Source: an uncultured virus (IMG/VR IMGVR_UViG_3300002839_000259) (lineage: Duplodnaviria > Heunggongvirae > Uroviricota > Caudoviricetes). Taken from it: 64,000 nt of DNA. Position 1 is the first letter of the stretch; every line of letters begins with the position of its first letter. The DNA lies in the IMG/VR virus record IMGVR_UViG_3300002839_000259; one strand, given 5' to 3'. Positions 19,771 to 29,487 of the stretch are shown here, piece by piece. The notes under the pieces were generated by a model. It saw nothing but the letters and a program-made list of their open reading frames with translations. It had not been told where the DNA came from and made no database searches. A program made the position numbers and the translations under genes.

Positions 19771-20496
19771 ATGATATTTAACATGCGATTAGAAATACTT
19801 AACGACAAAATTTTAATCTGGAGCACTACAGCCAGAGAAAACAGCGTCATCTATGACAGCACCAATGATTTAGACGGCTGTGACCGGCGCAATTTGTCCC
19901 AATATGCCGATTTTTTACGCGATAATGGCGAGATTAAAGAGTCCGACAGGATCACAGAACACTTAGGGAAAATCATACGTGCACTCACTATTCCGGAATT
20001 AATACCGACTGGAAATTATAAAGTCGACTCACGGTTTGCTTATTTGCAAACTACTATCAAGGAATACACGGATCACTATGGCTTAGACTTAGATCCGGAC
20101 TTCCAACGAGCCCATGTCTGGTCAATGGAACAGCGCATCAAATTTGTTGAGTTTATCTTACAGGGAGGCAAAACGAACCCCATATACTTTAACCACACAG
20201 CGTGGATGACCGGTGCCGAGGGTGACTTCGTCATCGTGGACGGCAAACAACGGCTCACCTCCCTGCTCATGTTTTTAGATAATGCATTTGCAGTACTAAA
20301 AAATCTTGATCCTGATGGCATCGGCTTTTATGCCAGAGAGTTTGATTTTATCCCGAATAATATCGCCCTTGTGGTCAATAATTTACCAACGCGAAAACAG
20401 GTGCTGGAATGGTATCTGCAAATCAATAAGGGCAATGTAGCACATACTGAATCTGAATTGCAAAAAGTTGAAGACTTATTAAAATCTGAAAAATAA
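19771..20496 (+). CDS. Stand-alone DUF262 (GmrS/ParB-like NTPase) protein
   Basis: PDFQRAHVWS...IVDGKQRLTSL...IN. Confidence 0.85.
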   Translation: MIFNMRLEILNDKILIWSTTARENSVIYDSTNDLDGCDRRNLSQYADFLRDNGEIKESDRITEHLGKIIRALTIPELIPTGNYKVDSRFAYLQTTIKEYTDHYGLDLDPDFQRAHVWSMEQRIKFVEFILQGGKTNPIYFNHTAWMTGAEGDFVIVDGKQRLTSLLMFLDNAFAVLKNLDPDGIGFYAREFDFIPNNIALVVNNLPTRKQVLEWYLQINKGNVAHTESELQKVEDLLKSEK

Positions 20497-20536
20497 AGGG
20501 GTGTCAAAAATGGAAAAGAAAAAAGGCGGCCAAATC

Positions 20537-20764
20537 ATGAGCAAGCCATTCGAAATACCGAAATACATTTTAGTGGCGTTAGACCGACGGCGCAAAGCAG
20601 CTCTTGCATTCCAGACACAGGACTATATCGTTTCAACCTATTGCCAGAAACACGAAATCGATACCGAATTCATCTACAGTCATGCTGAGTGTATTGTCGA
20701 ACCCGACGGTGCCTATGAACATACGCTCACTGATATCCGAAAACATTTTAACAGAAAAGATTAA
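20537..20764 (+). CDS. Hypothetical protein
   Basis: ORF; likely start MSKPFEIP after AAAGGCGG. Confidence 0.55.
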   Translation: MSKPFEIPKYILVALDRRRKAALAFQTQDYIVSTYCQKHEIDTEFIYSHAECIVEPDGAYEHTLTDIRKHFNRKD

Positions 20765-20783
20765 AATAAAAGGAGAAAATGTC

Positions 20784-21398
20784 ATGACTAAAGATGAAAA
20801 ATACACCCAAACAGATCTGAAAGCTCTCGGTCTGACCACAAGCACCATCAATCGTTTTTTTCCAGACCCAGAGTTGCGTGATAACCCAATGTATCGTTCG
20901 GCCGCTCCGATGAAAATTTATGATCCGGTTTATGTTGCAAGAATAATGGCCACCGCCGAATTTAAAGACCATCAGGAAAAATCAGAAAAACGGAAAATAT
21001 CAGCACAGAAGGTTGTGATCAAAAAACGAGAACAGTTAGAAAACGACATCAGCGAGAAAATCAAACAAATCAAAGTTCAGAAAAAACCATTCGAAAAAGT
21101 TTGCAACAACGCCTTATTGGCAAAACAAGACTGGTGCAGCGCAACCGAACAGTTTGATAATAATCCATACGAAGCGCAAGATCATGTTCGGTTGCGCTGG
21201 ACTGTCAACTATATCAGACACGAATTAACAACCTATGATGACAACCTATATCAAATCAAAGGTTGCGTCGGCGTCAGGCAAGCTTATAATAGATACAAAG
21301 ACGCGGTTTTAAATCAAATTGCCAGGATCTATCCCGATACCAAAGACGAATGCGAGCGACAAAAACAGGCGATGCAAAACAATCAGAGATGTTACTGA
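20784..21398 (+). CDS. Hypothetical protein
   Basis: Start MTKDEKY after AAGGAG; VNYIRHELTTYD segment. Confidence 0.75.
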   Translation: MTKDEKYTQTDLKALGLTTSTINRFFPDPELRDNPMYRSAAPMKIYDPVYVARIMATAEFKDHQEKSEKRKISAQKVVIKKREQLENDISEKIKQIKVQKKPFEKVCNNALLAKQDWCSATEQFDNNPYEAQDHVRLRWTVNYIRHELTTYDDNLYQIKGCVGVRQAYNRYKDAVLNQIARIYPDTKDECERQKQAMQNNQRCY

Positions 21399-21735
21399 TT
21401 GTTTTTTTATATAAAAAAGTTGCGTCTGATTAACTAAGTTGAATTGAGCACATAACTCAAAACAACCGAATCACAGACAATGTATCGTTTTGAGTATACG
21501 TTTTGTATCGCTTAAAAAATAAGAATACCAGAACTGTATTTGTTATTTGCAAGGTACAGCTAAAGATAAAGATAAAGATAAATATAAAATTAAATCAAAG
21601 AAAGGATCTCAATCAATATGCACAACACAGATAAGAACATCTTATTTAACCTCAAAACGGTTCAGTCCATCCTAACCAAACACAATCAGGCCACACGCGC
21701 AACCAAAATTAAAAACAGAAAGCGAGTCAAAAAAT

Positions 21736-22116
21736 ATGAATAGATCAATTTCAAACAGATACAGACTTTCAGTGCCTGATGTCGATACATCGACGAATGA
21801 TTGGGTTGCAAAACAAATCAATCTGTCGGCGTCTTTTCGACTGTTAGTCACTGAAGATATTGAAAGAAACGGATATGAAGACGTCACCTGTCGTCGCAAA
21901 AAGAAGCTATCAAAAACAACAACATCACCTTCTAAAAATGTAAAAGACAGTCAAATAAAGACGGAACTGTCAAAAATGACAACAGCGCCTGATAAAAACA
22001 CAAAAGACAATCAAGTAAAAACGGAGCTGTCAGATGTAATCAGCTTACAAGAGCTAAAACAATTTAAAAAATACATTACAAAAATTGAAAAACGCATACA
22101 TGCTAAATTAAATTAA
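21736..22116 (+). CDS. Orphan paralog of the ParR-like DNA-binding domain
   Basis: RYRLSVPDVDTSTNDWVAKQINLSASFRLLVTEDIERNGYEDVTCRRK closely matches the N-terminus of 6870-7379. Confidence 0.8.
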   Translation: MNRSISNRYRLSVPDVDTSTNDWVAKQINLSASFRLLVTEDIERNGYEDVTCRRKKKLSKTTTSPSKNVKDSQIKTELSKMTTAPDKNTKDNQVKTELSDVISLQELKQFKKYITKIEKRIHAKLN

Positions 22117-22137
22117 AAACAGAAAGCGAGTACAGAA

Positions 22138-22377
22138 ATGGCACTAATCAAAAAAGAAATTGATCAAATCAACGAGCAGCATTTCCTTGGTATAAATTAC
22201 ACATCGGAAGAACTGGCGCTGCGATGGTTGCTGGATGGCATTTTTCAAGAATTCGATATTACCGCGGATGGGGCGTTAGTCGACGGATATGTTGAGATAT
22301 TTAAAAACGATGTGATCACACTGGAATCAAAAGCGGAAATACAAACGATGTTGCTTGCAACAGCCGACCAAAATTAA
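22138..22377 (+). CDS. Hypothetical protein
   Basis: 79 aa, AGAAAGCGAG RBS. Confidence 0.6.
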   Translation: MALIKKEIDQINEQHFLGINYTSEELALRWLLDGIFQEFDITADGALVDGYVEIFKNDVITLESKAEIQTMLLATADQN

Positions 22378-22595
22378 AATAACAAAAATGCGAGGCGAAA
22401 ATTTGATAAAATTAATCAGCAAAATATTACACTATTTAGATGCAATTGTGTTATATTATCGACAATCCTGGCTCGAACGCAAGAAATAATAATGAGACAA
22501 TCGAAAAAGACAATACTGCTATTAAACAGCAGTATTGTCTTTTTTTTTTTTGCATATTATAAACTTTTTAAACTGCGAGTTGCAATAATTGTTTA

Positions 22596-22940
22596 TCAAC
22601 CCACAAAATCGAACGCCGTCGGTAACCAGTGTGGTTTCTTATATTCTTTGCCAAAAGTAGCCAATGGCAAAGTGAGACCGCCACCGTCAATAAGATAAAC
22701 TAAAGGAGGTGTCGTAAATGGACGAATAAAACCATTACTTTTCAAGTCAGCAACAACACCAATAGCCTCTGGATTCCAACCTGACCAATAAACAACATTA
22801 CCATCAACGCCACCACATATATCATAATCACCTTTCCACGCAAAACCAAACTTGGTGAAAATATTCTCAATCTCAATATAACTTGTACCAGGATTCATTT
22901 TTACATAACTCACTATCTCATTCTTAATTTGCTCTATCAT
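22596..22940 (-). CDS. Hypothetical phage/island-type protein
   Basis: Start MIEQIKNE after GAGG; composition differs from neighbours. Confidence 0.7.
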   Translation of the reverse strand: MIEQIKNEIVSYVKMNPGTSYIEIENIFTKFGFAWKGDYDICGGVDGNVVYWSGWNPEAIGVVADLKSNGFIRPFTTPPLVYLIDGGGLTLPLATFGKEYKKPHWLPTAFDFVG

Positions 22941-23129
22941 TTTTAACCAATACCTCAAACTTTCATTTATAAATTTTCTATACGATTTCTGTTTTCAGAT
23001 AGAAGTCTTGTTGCTAAATATGCAACAGACCTTTATACTGCTATTATATCAAATATTTCCCCATATATCAAGAGATTTTTATATTTTAGGATAAAAAATC
23101 GCCCCCGAAAGAGCGATTTATATCAATTG

Positions 23130-25427
23130 TCAAACCAAAAGTTGCAACCGTTGTTGCAACTGCGATCGACGTTCTGCAACCGGTGTATCCAAGCATAGTT
23201 GAATAGTCTCCCTGGAACCAACCAGATCAACAACTTTTTTAGCCCTGGTAACCGCCGTATAAAATAAATTACGAGTTAAAAAGTTATTCTGAACTGCCCA
23301 GGAACTCTGCGACAGCGAACACTGTGCTGACAGAATAACGACCTGATATTCACAACCCTGAGATTTATGGATCGTCATGGCGTAGGCTAATTTTAGTTCA
23401 GAAATATACTCTTTCGTGATATTGAAACGCCGACCATCATCCATTTGAACACGAATATAGGATTCTTCGCCAACTTTTCCGACGTATTCCAAAATCGTGC
23501 CACAGTCCCCGTTAAAAATGCCGGTACCGGATTTGATTAATTTATCCTCGGCACTGTACAAGTCATAAACACTGTCCCAATGATTCTTAGTTTGCATGAC
23601 CCGATCACCAACTCGAAACGGCATGGGTATCTTATTTAGCCAATAGATAAATCCTGGTGCGGCATAACCTCGTACAGCCGGACCAATCGTTGATTCCGGA
23701 TTAATTTTATCCTGAATGGCACGATTGAGTTCAGTAACACCTGTGGGACCATTATTCGTAGCACACAGCAGACAAAGCTGATCCATGGCAACACCGTCTT
23801 TTACATATTTGATATACTGATCGACCAAGTGTGTTTGATACGCATCTGAGTCACTAGCGAACGGCGTAAATGCAAACGTATCGGGGTCAAATAATAATTG
23901 GTCAAACGGTTTGCCTGCGTTAATGTCATCAGCATTTTGAATTAATACTTGGCCATCACTAGCACGATAACAAACCGATAATTTGGTGACAGGAATAACT
24001 TTGCTTTCGCACACATCACGAAAAAATTGACCCGCTTCGATACTGGGCAACTGATCCTGATCACCGACTAAGACAACCTGGCTGTCTTTATACAGCTCCA
24101 CCATTGACGCCGCCGTAGACAATCCGATCATTGAACACTCATCTATAATAACAAGTGACCGCTTGCGTTTCTCAGCGGCCTCACGACCGTCAGAACCTTT
24201 TTCATGCCGTGCCATCATAAGTTGTCGCATAATCGTTTCGGCTTGTAAATCTTCGTTGTTAATAGCTTCTGTCAAGCGTCTTGCCGCTTTTCCTGTCGGT
24301 GCAGCAAGGATCACATTTTGATTTGAAATGCATTGCCAGCAGTAAATCAAACAACCAAGAATCGTTGTTTTACCACGACCCGGTCCGCCTGTAATTACAC
24401 TCAAAGGCCGTTTGATTGCTGTTACAATCGCCAGTATTTGCTGGCCGTCTAACACAACACCACAGTTATCCTGATAATCCTGGATATGTGCATAAATTGT
24501 TTTGGCCGACACAGATACTAACGGCGCTTTTTCGAGCAGATGCGTCAAGCAGGAGGCGGCTTGTTGTTCAGCATCGTAAGAGTCTTCGCTGTAAGCCAAA
24601 TATTGATCGTTGATTTCAACCACAGCTAATCGCGGCAGTGATGCCAATTGTGAAAAAGCATCGATCACTTGTTGCCGGTCCACACACACAGTCAATAATC
24701 GACAGGTGTGATTAATCAACGCCTCATTAGCTTGTCCGTCGGACAAACATAAATAACTGTCTCCTCGATCAGCAAGCTGTTCGATCACGGCCTGTTGCAG
24801 ACACTCGTTAATCCGTGTCGTCATATTGATGTTCATCAATCCGGCAATCTCATGGGCAATCCGAAACGAAATTGACTCACATTCATAAACCACGTCGTAG
24901 GGTTGTGTTTTTAGTTTTTTTACGGCATCCGCACCATAGGTGAGCACCAACTCGTCAATCATGCGTTGTTTTAACATCGGAAAATGTTTTAACAATTGGT
25001 GTTTGACATTGCGACTGCCCACACCGGCAATTAATGTCTCAATAATCGCATCAGACAAATTCAGCTGTTTTAAGTCTTTTGGTGTGTCGCTGATGATAGA
25101 CAATACCTTGGATCCGAATAAATTATAAATTTTTGTTGCAGTCGTGATCCCGACCCCGGCAAACAAAGGACTTGACAAATAGTGAATAGTTGCTTTTTTA
25201 TCCATGATGGATTCAACGCCCAGTGCGACAAACGTATCGGCATTCGTGAAATGCCCGAGTAAAACAAGGGCACACCCGTTGGCCACCGCCATTTGGGTTG
25301 AACCGGTCACTTTGATGTCACCTGCGTGATCATCAGTGTCAAAGAAACAGCCGAACCAGCCGTCCGGTTTGGGGCAGTTTTTGAATAGCTGTTTGATGGT
25401 TCCTGTTAATTCGACTGTTTCGATCAT
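23130..25427 (-). CDS. recD2: RecD2-like SF1B helicase
   Basis: HhH GVGITTA, TGGPGRGKTT, APTGKAARRL, IDECSM, GDQDQLPS, AYAMTIHKSQGCE, YTAVTRAK. Confidence 0.92.
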   Translation of the reverse strand: MIETVELTGTIKQLFKNCPKPDGWFGCFFDTDDHAGDIKVTGSTQMAVANGCALVLLGHFTNADTFVALGVESIMDKKATIHYLSSPLFAGVGITTATKIYNLFGSKVLSIISDTPKDLKQLNLSDAIIETLIAGVGSRNVKHQLLKHFPMLKQRMIDELVLTYGADAVKKLKTQPYDVVYECESISFRIAHEIAGLMNINMTTRINECLQQAVIEQLADRGDSYLCLSDGQANEALINHTCRLLTVCVDRQQVIDAFSQLASLPRLAVVEINDQYLAYSEDSYDAEQQAASCLTHLLEKAPLVSVSAKTIYAHIQDYQDNCGVVLDGQQILAIVTAIKRPLSVITGGPGRGKTTILGCLIYCWQCISNQNVILAAPTGKAARRLTEAINNEDLQAETIMRQLMMARHEKGSDGREAAEKRKRSLVIIDECSMIGLSTAASMVELYKDSQVVLVGDQDQLPSIEAGQFFRDVCESKVIPVTKLSVCYRASDGQVLIQNADDINAGKPFDQLLFDPDTFAFTPFASDSDAYQTHLVDQYIKYVKDGVAMDQLCLLCATNNGPTGVTELNRAIQDKINPESTIGPAVRGYAAPGFIYWLNKIPMPFRVGDRVMQTKNHWDSVYDLYSAEDKLIKSGTGIFNGDCGTILEYVGKVGEESYIRVQMDDGRRFNITKEYISELKLAYAMTIHKSQGCEYQVVILSAQCSLSQSSWAVQNNFLTRNLFYTAVTRAKKVVDLVGSRETIQLCLDTPVAERRSQLQQRLQLLV

Positions 25428-25594
25428 GGTGTACCTGTCTTTCTTGTTATGCAGCCATCCTGGTTGGTATTGCATTTCTTTAATATTTACTTATTCTATA
25501 GTCATATTATATCACAAAAACCCTCATAAATCAACGTTTTTTTGATAATTATGAATAAATCATCCATTGTTCAAGCAACAATAGTTCATCAAGT

Positions 25595-25615
25595 GCAATC
25601 GATGATTGCCGATAG
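25595..25615 (+). promoter_or_regulatory. Hairpin-CG motif (GCAATC family)
   Basis: GCAATC-GAT-GATTGC-CGATAG before the Panacea gene. Confidence 0.8.
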
Positions 25616-25669
25616 TTTATTTGATAATCAACTTTGAAAAAATATAAAATCGAAAGTGAGAAAATAAAA

Positions 25670-26125
25670 ATGATATATGATGCAATGGACGTTGCCCATT
25701 ATATGATTGATTGTTGTTTTGAAATTGGCGCACCTGTGAGTAACACCAAGCTGCAAAATTTGTTGTATTACGCGCAAGGCCAATCATTACAAGCAACTGG
25801 CCAGCCATTATTCAAAGATGAAATGTATGTTTGGGGATTGGGTGTCATTATTTATAAAGTGCACCGCAAATATTCTGTCTTTTGCGCATCCAATATTTTC
25901 AAAAGGTCAACGGACAGTATTGTCAAAGGAGATCAGCTGGCCGAACTTATTATCATCAAAACACTCATGGAACAACTTCCGCTTAATTTGTGGCAACTCA
26001 TCGACAACATCAAAGGCGAAGATCCCTGGAAATACAATTATCAGGTGTATGGCAAAAAAACTTTAATCCCAGTGGAATCCATTAAAAATTATTTTTGCAG
26101 TAAAAATGCAAATCAAAAAATATAA
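25670..26125 (+). CDS. Panacea (SocA/DUF4065) antitoxin-like protein, monocistronic
   Basis: DAMDVAHY...SNTKLQNLLYYAQG...PLF.....W.LG.....PW....IP.ESI..YF; followed by a terminator. Confidence 0.85.
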   Translation: MIYDAMDVAHYMIDCCFEIGAPVSNTKLQNLLYYAQGQSLQATGQPLFKDEMYVWGLGVIIYKVHRKYSVFCASNIFKRSTDSIVKGDQLAELIIIKTLMEQLPLNLWQLIDNIKGEDPWKYNYQVYGKKTLIPVESIKNYFCSKNANQKI

Positions 26126-26295
26126 TATCAAAAGACGGTATTGATTGAAAATAATCGTGTCGTCTTTTTAATTTTTGTAAAAACAGCGCCCCAATTTTAA
26201 TTTCAATGATTTTGAGACGAGAGTGCCTCCATAAAACCAATTTCAAGCAAAAAACAGTTCAAAAATAAGGCTTTTCGTCAAAAAAACCGCTTTTT

Positions 26296-26440
26296 TTCAA
26301 ATATCGCCCATATTTCCGTTTTGAGCCGTTTTAGCAAAAATAGGAACTAAGTGACCTGTGGTATCTTCTTATTGCCTAATTTATGACCAGAAAAACGGTA
26401 TTTGTGGATGCTGGTGACATATGCGTGGCTCATATTTGAA
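26296..26440. repeat. Long imperfect hairpin element, copy 1 (ssi/sso-like)
   Basis: Arms TTCAAATAT/ATATTTGAA and CCGTTTT/AAAACGG; core AAAATAGGAACTAAGTGACCTGT shared with 31756-31870. Confidence 0.6.
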
Positions 26441-26488
26441 TTTTGTAGAAGTGTTGGTCAAAGGTTGTTTCTTATTTATTTTGAATGA

Positions 26489-26509
26489 GCAATCTCCGAT
26501 TGCCGATGG
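26489..26509 (+). promoter_or_regulatory. Hairpin-CG motif (GCAATC family)
   Basis: GCAATC-TCC-GATTGC-CGATGG. Confidence 0.8.
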
Positions 26510-26554
26510 TGGATTTAGAAATCATGAAAATAAAAATAACGAAAGTGAGATAAG

Positions 26555-26773
26555 ATGAAACTACAAACGAAAGAAGATATTATCAAATGGATAAGAGTAA
26601 AGTCAGCTGAACTGACGGAGACAATTGACGACACCCAGACCCAGATCGACGCATTAACCGAAGGTGAATTAATTCAAGAAGAATGTGACACCACGGAATT
26701 ATGGGAAAATAACGATCGGGCCAATAACAAACAAGAAATATTGTTGGAACTGCTATTTCAAATTGAAGAATAA
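26555..26773 (+). CDS. Small acidic hypothetical protein
   Basis: 72 aa, GAAAGTGAG RBS, very Glu/Asp-rich. Confidence 0.65.
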   Translation: MKLQTKEDIIKWIRVKSAELTETIDDTQTQIDALTEGELIQEECDTTELWENNDRANNKQEILLELLFQIEE

Positions 26774-26860
26774 AAAGACGCGTGCACAACTACTGGTCTA
26801 ACCAAAAATAATCTATGATTGCAGGTAGTAACATAAAATTAAAAAAAGTGAGATAGAAAG

Positions 26861-27148
26861 ATGGAAAATACAAACAGTAAAATAACCGTAAAAACAGGTA
26901 TGACAGAACATGAGCTGAATGTCTGGACGGCAATTATATATAACCAGATAGACGAGTGCAACGTTATTATTGCAAATAACGACACAGGCAGCATGAAAGA
27001 ACGTTATGCAAAAGGTAAGATTGAAGGTCTGGCTGAAGCAATGACCTGGTTATCAATTGTTGAAGATAACAAGCGTTTCCGTAAATACATTGCTGAAATT
27101 GAAACACGATTGCAGCAACGGGACGATCCAACCGAAAACACTCAGTAA
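26861..27148 (+). CDS. Hypothetical protein
   Basis: 95-aa ORF with RBS. Confidence 0.65.
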   Translation: MENTNSKITVKTGMTEHELNVWTAIIYNQIDECNVIIANNDTGSMKERYAKGKIEGLAEAMTWLSIVEDNKRFRKYIAEIETRLQQRDDPTENTQ

Positions 27149-27177
27149 AAATAAACCGAAAGGACTTTAATAAAAAA

Positions 27178-27483
27178 TTGGATAATATAATCGATGATAC
27201 GCATCATCAATGTCAATACGAAATTGTTAATATTACAAACTCTGAAAAATACCCAAACTACATATATCACTGGCAAAAAACCGATCAACCAATCAGGTCT
27301 TTTGACATCAACAAATTGTTAGTGATCATTCGAAACACATACCCAAAACATTTATTGCTCGGTTGTCCAGATACTACAATCAGGTTTGATGTTCGTAATC
27401 GCATTTATGATGCGCCGGAGTATCTGTTCATGATTGGATTGCACGAACCCTACTACATCGGCATCAAAAAATTTCTTAATTAA
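27178..27483 (+). CDS. Hypothetical protein
   Basis: 101 aa, TTG start after GAAAGGA. Confidence 0.55.
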   Translation: MDNIIDDTHHQCQYEIVNITNSEKYPNYIYHWQKTDQPIRSFDINKLLVIIRNTYPKHLLLGCPDTTIRFDVRNRIYDAPEYLFMIGLHEPYYIGIKKFLN

Positions 27484-27524
27484 AACGTCTGAAACATCTC
27501 CATTACTTTAGCCATGGGGGGGTG

Positions 27525-28316
27525 TCATAAAAGGCTTCGACGCTTATTTAACGCTTTGTCGGTCATGAGATCTGAATCGTACCACATGGGACCCACTTTT
27601 TCCATTATAGTGTAATAAACGCGGGTGTACCTATTGCCTGTTTTTCCCATCACATACGTAACACTTATTTCAGAATATTTATTAATTTGTTTGAGAGTCT
27701 TTTCAATCACATGTCGTTTAAAATCATAAGGTGTGTAAATTGGGCCAATAGCGGTTCCACTTTTCGTGTATTCAATGGCATCTATTTTTTCGGCATAATC
27801 ATCGAGATCAAAATCGCACTTTCCCAGGCCTGCATAAGATTTTAATAACTCATACACTCTGATTGTATACAACCCTGACATTACTGAAGCAATTTTGAAC
27901 GTAGCCGTTGTATATTTCACTTTAATATCAATCAGATAGGGTTTTAAATAGGGGTTCAATTTTAATTTTATGGTACCACTGTTGGGTTCGATCACAGGAC
28001 TTTCTATCCATCTGATCAAAGGTATTGATCCTTCAGCTGTCGGCATCCAGAATGATTTATCGGCAAGAGTCTTAATTGAAGTTTTTACGTGTTCATAATT
28101 GCTGCCACTGCGTTTTTCAATTCCGCAGACCTCGCAAAACTCATTAATCTCAAAATCATAGGTTTCTAGATCTTTATCTTCAAATTTAATTTTAGAAATG
28201 AGAAACCAAACAATCTTTTGCTCGGTTGCAGTGAGATTGTATTTTGATTTTTGAATCAAATCATTTCTTTTTATGACACTATACTCCCGCACCTGTTGCA
28301 ATTCTCGTTTGTTCAT
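27525..28316 (-). CDS. repB: Rep_3-family (RepB) plasmid replication initiator
   Basis: VIKRNDLIQ..YNLTATEQKI...LIRWIES...LKPYL...Y...YTIRVYELLK...DFKRHVIE.TLKQIN; start MNKREL. Confidence 0.9.
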   Translation of the reverse strand: MNKRELQQVREYSVIKRNDLIQKSKYNLTATEQKIVWFLISKIKFEDKDLETYDFEINEFCEVCGIEKRSGSNYEHVKTSIKTLADKSFWMPTAEGSIPLIRWIESPVIEPNSGTIKLKLNPYLKPYLIDIKVKYTTATFKIASVMSGLYTIRVYELLKSYAGLGKCDFDLDDYAEKIDAIEYTKSGTAIGPIYTPYDFKRHVIEKTLKQINKYSEISVTYVMGKTGNRYTRVYYTIMEKVGPMWYDSDLMTDKALNKRRSLL

Positions 28317-28347
28317 TTTTATCACCCCTAGTTTCATATTAGCACAC

Positions 28348-28830
28348 TGAAACAGAATGTGCAATTGCATTGTTCTGTATTAAAACAGAATGTTTTGACA
28401 TCATCTGTATTTTAAAATGTATAAGCTATGGTTACATATTGACAAGCTAAAACAGAATGTTTTGACATCATCTGTATTTTAAAAACACATAATATATAGT
28501 TGTGTATTAGCATATTAAAACAGAATATATAATTGCACGGTTCTGTTTTAAAGCGCATACTTTGACATCATTATTTTGATAGATTTAAATTGACCTGTTG
28601 ATAACTTTGTGTCAGAACGTTCTGGTTTGTGCGCCAGAGTACTCTGGTTTGTGCGCCAGAATGCTCTGTTTTCTTTTTATGAGCGACAACTGTGATGGCG
28701 CCACAACGCCGCAAAAACGAGTTGGCACGATTCTTGCTAAAATTAACTAAATTAGCTAAACTATTTATATAGTACTGTTAACCTACCGTGTTAAATTTTT
28801 AATAAATATATTTTTTCAAAATAATTAAAT
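28348..28830. other. Iteron-type replication origin / rep operator region
   Basis: Repeats AAAACAGAATGTTTTGACATCATCTGTATTTTAAAA (x2) and related; DnaA-box-like TGTTGATAA 28596-28604; three ~22-bp repeats with a CAGA-N4-TCTG core at 28606-28669; AT-rich tract after 28740. Confidence 0.75.
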
Positions 28831-28846
28831 AAAGGAGCAATACAAA

Positions 28847-29470
28847 ATGATTTCAAAAAATGATATCGAATTTTTAATAAACTTGCAACACGAACTAAAC
28901 ACGCAGGACAACGACTGCAACGCCGACCCTGTCTTCTGGGGCATTATGCAAAAAAGTGAAGTAGCGGCCTATCCCGGTTGCGGCAGCGAACTGTCTATTC
29001 GTTATGATGGCAAAGTTTATCATGATGACAAAGATGATTTAAAAGAACTGACAGAACTGCTTCTGGAAGAATTAAGCGAATATGATATTTCTGACGAAAT
29101 TAATGAGTTGATAACAATCAATGATTATTGCGATCTGATGACATATCATGATCTTGATGCCGAAATTATGGAATCTGACATAGCTGACGAACTCTGCACC
29201 AGCACCGGTGCATTTCTAACCAAAAAAGCCGCTAAAGAATATATTCAGAAATTTAGTTATAATCATAAAAAACCGCACACATATGCGATGACGGCCTACC
29301 GAAACTTTGAACTCGAACACTTGATTACAATACTCAAAGACACTGATTTCGGTAAACTTTTGAAAATAATTTCAGAAGAAGAACAACAAAATGCAACCTG
29401 TCTGGATGTGTTCAAAGGCGTAATCTCAGAAAAAGACGAGCCTGTTAACGTGTCTGTCAAAACACAATAA
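28847..29470 (+). CDS. Phage-like hypothetical protein
   Basis: LQHELNTQDND.NADPVFW...FLTKKAAKEYI....YN. Confidence 0.75.
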   Translation: MISKNDIEFLINLQHELNTQDNDCNADPVFWGIMQKSEVAAYPGCGSELSIRYDGKVYHDDKDDLKELTELLLEELSEYDISDEINELITINDYCDLMTYHDLDAEIMESDIADELCTSTGAFLTKKAAKEYIQKFSYNHKKPHTYAMTAYRNFELEHLITILKDTDFGKLLKIISEEEQQNATCLDVFKGVISEKDEPVNVSVKTQ

Positions 29471-29487
29471 GAAAGGTACCACATATA

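Noticed and set aside
21438..21474. GTTG..TTGAG/CTCAA..CAAC-CGAATC as a hairpin-CG motif
   Set aside because: A longer interrupted stem that does not fit the 6-bp geometry; not counted.
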